This document shows positions 27,418 through 31,622 of a DNA stretch of 31,622 bases, in pieces. Location: contig JAEOUH010000009.1 in assembly GCA_016839365.1 (NCBI GenBank), positions 1 through 31,622 on the forward strand, given 5' to 3'. Positions within the stretch are counted from its first letter, which is position 1; each line of letters starts with the position of its first letter. The notes below the pieces were generated by a model. It was not told the DNA's origin. It ran no database searches and was given only the letters and a program-made list of their open reading frames with translations. The translations under genes and the position numbers were made by a program. The stretch comes from Candidatus Hermodarchaeota archaeon (GTDB taxonomy: Archaea > Asgardarchaeota > Hermodarchaeia > Hermodarchaeales > Hermodarchaeaceae).

Positions 27418-29607
27418 ATGAAGGAAGCCCGGAAAACGTCCGGCCTTCATATAGTGTATGCAATAATAGGTCTAACAATCCTGCTCAATGGAATACTTAC
27501 GCCATTTCCATTCGGCAATGTAGACCGTAGTCCATTTCATCAAACTATAAACCCTAATTGGCCAATTTGCCTTCTTGAGCCGGAGGTTCACCTCTCCTTT
27601 AAGGCGATGCAAACACCGATCGATCAAGGAACTCCTGTTGCTCAATTAAGTTGGTTGCAACAACGTATTTGGCTAAACTGGGATAGTCGAACAAAGTTTG
27701 GTGTAAACGTTGAACAGGGTTTGCTGCAAAGAGAAGTTTTGAATTTTACTCAGATTGTGCCTGAACCCGTCCAGGTAGCCGTAGAAGATTATGATCCTGC
27801 CAATTGTCCCTTTGAAGACTATATTTGGACCGATGAAGAATCATACATGAGCTTTTGCATTAACGGCTCTGATCCAGTACGGGTTGATGGGTTTTGGATA
27901 TACCTTCGAGGTGAATCGAAAGGAATTTTCCGCTATCGCGTTTATGGAGCTCAACCAGGAACCCAAGCGGCCACATTTGTCAACACCTCGGCTCCAATTA
28001 CGGGCTGGATTGAAGTACCGATATCGCCAACACTCGAACCAGGCGAGGAATACTGGTTTTGGATCAACACCAATGAAACTGAGCTAGTACTCAATCCCCT
28101 TGAAACATATGCTAACACCTTTTATTTTGGAATTGCTCGCGCCTTTGGAGCCACAACAGATACTCGAATTAACTGGGTATTCTGTCGGGATGATGCAAAT
28201 CCCGATGAAGAAGATGAGGGCGATTGCTATGGACGTATCAGCTCATGGTCTTATCGAACCCGCGATCTCTTTCTCAATGTGTCGATCCTTCCACTCAATC
28301 AAGACATATACCCAACTGAGATCGACATGACGGTAAATGGCAATGCTATCAGAGACCTTAGTTCCCCCGCACATGGAGTGTGGGAAAGCGAAGCATACCA
28401 ACCTCCTCTCCAAATCAATGGCGGCCCTCGTGAATACCAGGTTATGGTACTTTGGTCAGACTTTTATCAATGGCCGGTTCGGTTCGATGTACAATGGACC
28501 GGCTCTTTCCTTGATGAAATTCCCGTCTTCTCGGGACCAAGCTATGGCTATTTGGACGCAAACTGGCTAGTCACGATAATAGTAGATTTTCCAGCTGACA
28601 TCGACAATCAAACCATATTCCTCAGTCTGCCCCAAGATTGGATAGCCAAACGAATCACTCGCAACACCCTCGACTATAACGAATGGATACTGGACGATAC
28701 ACTTCTGTGCATTACCAATGCGGAAGACGGACTCTGGCACGTGTACTGCAGTATACCTGTTTCTCCCCTGGCAATCTATGGGCAGCTAATTATCTGGATT
28801 GCAATTGTTCTCATTCTAGTCCTTTTGGCTTTACTCGTTTTTTACCGTCAAAAGATCCTCCTACCTAAACAGCGGACCCACCGTCGCCGGCTTCAAGCAC
28901 TGGCTGATTCCTTCAATGATATTCACAAAATCCGACGAATACTGGTAATCCATAAAGAAACCGGTCTGTGTCTACTTGATCCGATCGTCGATCATAAAAT
29001 GAGGGCCAATTTGGTCAGTGCGTTAATTCAGGCCATCACCGCCTTTGGCGTAAACCTCACTGAAACCGAAGAGACGCCGGATCTAATTGATGACACGGCT
29101 TCTCTTCGGCAGATTACTTATCGGGATTTCCATATCATGGTCCATGATGGCCAATATACACGCAACGCCCTCATTTTCAAGCAGCCTCCTAGTAGCCAGT
29201 TAGATAAACGCCTGGAAGAATTCACCCTGCGCTTTGAGGAACGATATCAGGATGTGCTTGAAAACTGGGCCGGACGGTTAAACATCTTTGGCGATGCCAT
29301 TGATCTGGTTGATGAATACCTGTTCATTTCCCTTCGATTACCTCACACGCTACACGCTGATCAAGACACCTCGTCGCTTTCTCAAGTAGAACGCGTTCTC
29401 TACGGACAAGCGAAAAACCTCAATGCTGAAAGCAGTAAGTTCTTTATTTGTGATTTAGTCGAGAAATATCTCCGTGAAAAAGGAGTCGACCGAATCGAGG
29501 TCTTTGAAGCCTTGTTCAAGTTAAGACAAAAAGGGGTTATTGTCCCGATCCACACAGAAATTCCCTACGAATTTAGCCGCAATACCGTTTCGAATAACGG
29601 ACCTTGA
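27418..29607 (+). CDS. Receptor-like membrane protein: N-terminal signal/TM, extracellular beta-rich region, TM helix, cytoplasmic longin-like domain and C-terminal winged helix
   Basis: Hydrophobic IVYAIIGLTILLNGIL, then TM LIIWIAIVLILVLLALLVFY followed by RQK...RRR. ILVIHKETGLCL...LVSALIQAITAFG...F...FEERY...W.G....F is the Asgard longin-like pattern. EVFEALFKLRQKGVIVP is wHTH-like. SD GGGAGGT favours ATG 27418 over 27394. Confidence 0.75.
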   Translation: MKEARKTSGLHIVYAIIGLTILLNGILTPFPFGNVDRSPFHQTINPNWPICLLEPEVHLSFKAMQTPIDQGTPVAQLSWLQQRIWLNWDSRTKFGVNVEQGLLQREVLNFTQIVPEPVQVAVEDYDPANCPFEDYIWTDEESYMSFCINGSDPVRVDGFWIYLRGESKGIFRYRVYGAQPGTQAATFVNTSAPITGWIEVPISPTLEPGEEYWFWINTNETELVLNPLETYANTFYFGIARAFGATTDTRINWVFCRDDANPDEEDEGDCYGRISSWSYRTRDLFLNVSILPLNQDIYPTEIDMTVNGNAIRDLSSPAHGVWESEAYQPPLQINGGPREYQVMVLWSDFYQWPVRFDVQWTGSFLDEIPVFSGPSYGYLDANWLVTIIVDFPADIDNQTIFLSLPQDWIAKRITRNTLDYNEWILDDTLLCITNAEDGLWHVYCSIPVSPLAIYGQLIIWIAIVLILVLLALLVFYRQKILLPKQRTHRRRLQALADSFNDIHKIRRILVIHKETGLCLLDPIVDHKMRANLVSALIQAITAFGVNLTETEETPDLIDDTASLRQITYRDFHIMVHDGQYTRNALIFKQPPSSQLDKRLEEFTLRFEERYQDVLENWAGRLNIFGDAIDLVDEYLFISLRLPHTLHADQDTSSLSQVERVLYGQAKNLNAESSKFFICDLVEKYLREKGVDRIEVFEALFKLRQKGVIVPIHTEIPYEFSRNTVSNNGP

Positions 29608-30273
29608 TTACCGGCGCATCCAGGAAACCGTGCCTAGCTCAGTAACAAAAATGCAAGGCAAATCAAACTCGATGGCCAGTTGATACAAAGCCAATGCACA
29701 TACTTTCCCGCCTCCAGTCACGTCGACGAGAATGGCATACTCTCGAATCAAATCCTGGGAAAGGCGGTACACCAGTTCATACATTTTGCCCAAATCATGG
29801 ACGAAAATATCTTCGGGCACCTCATGCAGAACCTTATCGGGGGTTAATCCGCTTACCCGCCGCCTTGCGGTTTCTTCAATGAAATAATGGTATTTCTCGG
29901 GGCGAAAAGAGGTTTCAGCGCGAATCCGTTTCGGCACCGCATGCAACACACCCGGATCTTCCCCAACAGCTCCGATATAGGCCACGGGAGCGGTCACCCC
30001 TAGAACCCGGCGGACACTTTGGATTTCATGGGGAACTAACCGGGCTGCTTTCTCTTTCCCATCACGAAACCGCTCAATCAGCCCATTATTCTCCAAGTGT
30101 TGCAGATTAAAATACAGCATAGCATCGGACACTTCATCCACGGGTTTGGAGACCCGACGGGCGATGGCCGCTCGTAGCACCAGCCCGGTCTGGGGGCCAT
30201 CTAAGAGATTGCGGAGAATAATTCGGCGTGCTTCAACGCCGCCGATGACGCGTCTGACTTTACCCTCAGCCAC
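29608..30273 (-). CDS. Winged-HTH + CARF domain putative transcription regulator
   Basis: N-terminal RRIILRNLLDGPQTG..L...SDAMLYFNLQHLENNGLIERFRDG (ArsR/PadR-like wHTH). C-terminal AYIGAVGEDP (CARF motif I-like) and ILVDVTGGGKVCALALY (CARF DxTGGxK motif II). GTG start after SD GGTGG. Confidence 0.8.
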   Translation of the reverse strand: MAEGKVRRVIGGVEARRIILRNLLDGPQTGLVLRAAIARRVSKPVDEVSDAMLYFNLQHLENNGLIERFRDGKEKAARLVPHEIQSVRRVLGVTAPVAYIGAVGEDPGVLHAVPKRIRAETSFRPEKYHYFIEETARRRVSGLTPDKVLHEVPEDIFVHDLGKMYELVYRLSQDLIREYAILVDVTGGGKVCALALYQLAIEFDLPCIFVTELGTVSWMRR

Positions 30274-30417
30274 TCTCTACCACCATGGATGTACTCTTCT
30301 CTAATGAGTGAAGCGCTCCCAGAATGTTGGGTGCTACATTAAAACCCTGCAAAGCCCGGCATATAAATGCCTCGTCGCAGCAACCCTTCTCCTAGACGAG
30401 TTTGCGGTTTAATTCAA

Positions 30418-30449
30418 CATCTCTATCACTAATAACGTTGATAGAGATG
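30418..30449. promoter_or_regulatory. Perfect 11-bp inverted repeat, putative operator between divergent promoters
   Basis: CATCTCTATCA-N10-TGATAGAGATG. It lies between a minus-strand TATA-like TTTATAT (30361-30367) and a plus-strand TTTAAAAG (30471-30478). Confidence 0.65.
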
Positions 30450-30584
30450 ACTGCAAAAAGTGCCTCAATCTTTAAAAGTAAAATTCGAAGTGCTACAACT
30501 GGGAATACAAAGACCAGCCTGGGAAGTATTCCAGCTGACTTACCCTTTTAACAAACCCCCCTTCGAAGGAGATGAACGTATCCA

Positions 30585-31622
30585 ATGACAGAAGAAGAAA
30601 TGGTCACCGCCAAACCCTTGGTGGTTGACAACGGTACCGGCCTTAGCAAAAACGGCTATGCCGGTGAAGACCAGCCACGCAGCGTGTTCCCCACGCTCAT
30701 CGGCTACCCCAAGTATCCCGCCTACATGACCGACGTCGAACACTACACTCGTGAATACTACATCGGCGAAGAAGCACTCCAACTTCGAGGTGTCCTGAAA
30801 CTCGTCTACCCCATCGCCCACGGCCAAATCACCGACTGGCCCGCCATGGAAAAGATCTGGCACTACACCTTCTACAACGACCTCCGCATCGACCCCACCG
30901 AACACCCGGTCCTCCTTACTGAGGCTCCACTGAACCCACGCGCCAACCGCGAAAAGATGGCCGAAATCATGTTCGAAACCTTCAACGTCCCCGCCATCTA
31001 CGTGGCCATGCAAGCTGTCCTCAGCCTGTACGCCTCCGGGCGGACCACCGGACTTGTTATTGACTCGGGTGACGGTGTTACCCACATTGTCCCCATCTAC
31101 GAAGGCTTCGCCCTGACCCACGCCATCAGCCGCGTCGACTTAGCCGGCCGCGACATCACCGAATACCTCCGCCGATTACTCCGGCAGCGAGGCTATTCTT
31201 TGACCACCACCGCCGAACGCGAAATCGTCCGCGACATCAAAGAAAAACTCTGCTATGTCGCCCTCGAACCCGAGAAAGAAACCAAACTCGCCGAAAAAGT
31301 CGCCGGCATGGAAAAGAAATACATGCTCCCCGACGGCAGCACCCTCACCGTCGGCGCCGAACGCTTCCAAGGCCCCGAAGTCCTCTTCAACCCCGGCGCC
31401 ATCGGCGTCGAAGCCCAACCCCTCGACGACGCCATCGTCGAAGCCGTCCGCAAATGCGACGTCGACCTCCGACGCGACCTCTACGCCAACATCGTCCTCT
31501 CCGGCGGCACCACCATGTTCCCCGGACTCAAAGAACGCCTCCGCAAAGAAATCATCGAACAGATCCCCGAAAACGTCGAAGTCAAAATCGTCGCCCCACC
31601 CGAACGCATGTACTCCGTCTGG
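30585..31622 (+). CDS. Asgard actin (Lokiactin-type), 3' truncated by window
   Basis: Manual translation: [42 protein letters not shown]...YPIAHG...[14 protein letters not shown]...[67 protein letters not shown]...DLAGRDIT...[17 protein letters not shown]...[16 protein letters not shown]...[19 protein letters not shown] upstream. Absent from the ORF track because there is no stop in the window. Confidence 0.98.
   Translation, partial: MTEEEMVTAKPLVVDNGTGLSKNGYAGEDQPRSVFPTLIGYPKYPAYMTDVEHYTREYYIGEEALQLRGVLKLVYPIAHGQITDWPAMEKIWHYTFYNDLRIDPTEHPVLLTEAPLNPRANREKMAEIMFETFNVPAIYVAMQAVLSLYASGRTTGLVIDSGDGVTHIVPIYEGFALTHAISRVDLAGRDITEYLRRLLRQRGYSLTTTAEREIVRDIKEKLCYVALEPEKETKLAEKVAGMEKKYMLPDGSTLTVGAERFQGPEVLFNPGAIGVEAQPLDDAIVEAVRKCDVDLRRDLYANIVLSGGTTMFPGLKERLRKEIIEQIPENVEVKIVAPPERMYSVW

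Noticed and set aside
30418-30449. Resemblance of the half-sites to the bacterial tetO operator
   Set aside because: The spacer is 10 bp rather than 1 bp and there is no vector context. Treated as coincidence.
30540-31453. Minus-strand ORFs of 193, 80 and 66 aa
   Set aside because: Antisense shadows of the actin gene, caused by its C-ending codon bias.
1-31622. CRISPR array or cas genes that would explain the CARF protein; tRNA, rRNA, transposases
   Set aside because: No regularly spaced repeats, cloverleafs or transposase motifs were seen.

Overview
Archaeal chromosomal segment, almost certainly from an Asgard archaeon: it ends in a Lokiactin-type actin gene (30585 to the window edge) that the ORF track misses. 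Most of the window is conserved housekeeping content: rps24e-rps27ae-kae1-bud32-rdgB, rps15-RecJ/Cdc45-like DHH-rps3ae, a radical SAM gene, DUF2095, ychF, a SerA-like dehydrogenase, and the rpl15e-RNase P-proteasome-exosome-prefoldin superoperon. These are followed by an ECF ATPase/T module, cgi121, THUMP, sua5/tsaC and a nucleotidyltransferase / CDP-alcohol phosphotransferase / ComB-like phosphatase trio. The most interesting part is the last 4.4 kb. A wHTH+CARF regulator (reverse of the Csa3 domain order, no CRISPR genes in view) sits head-to-head with actin across a perfect 11-bp inverted repeat. It is tail-to-tail with a receptor-like single-pass membrane protein carrying a cytoplasmic longin-like domain plus wHTH, whose promoter has a related palindrome. 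Also hidden from the ORF track are a well-formed box C/D guide sRNA (12778-12850), a small hairpin RNA with a SECIS-like alternative fold (5661-5712), and an rps27ae gene with no canonical start codon. All family assignments come from motif recognition by eye, not from database searches.
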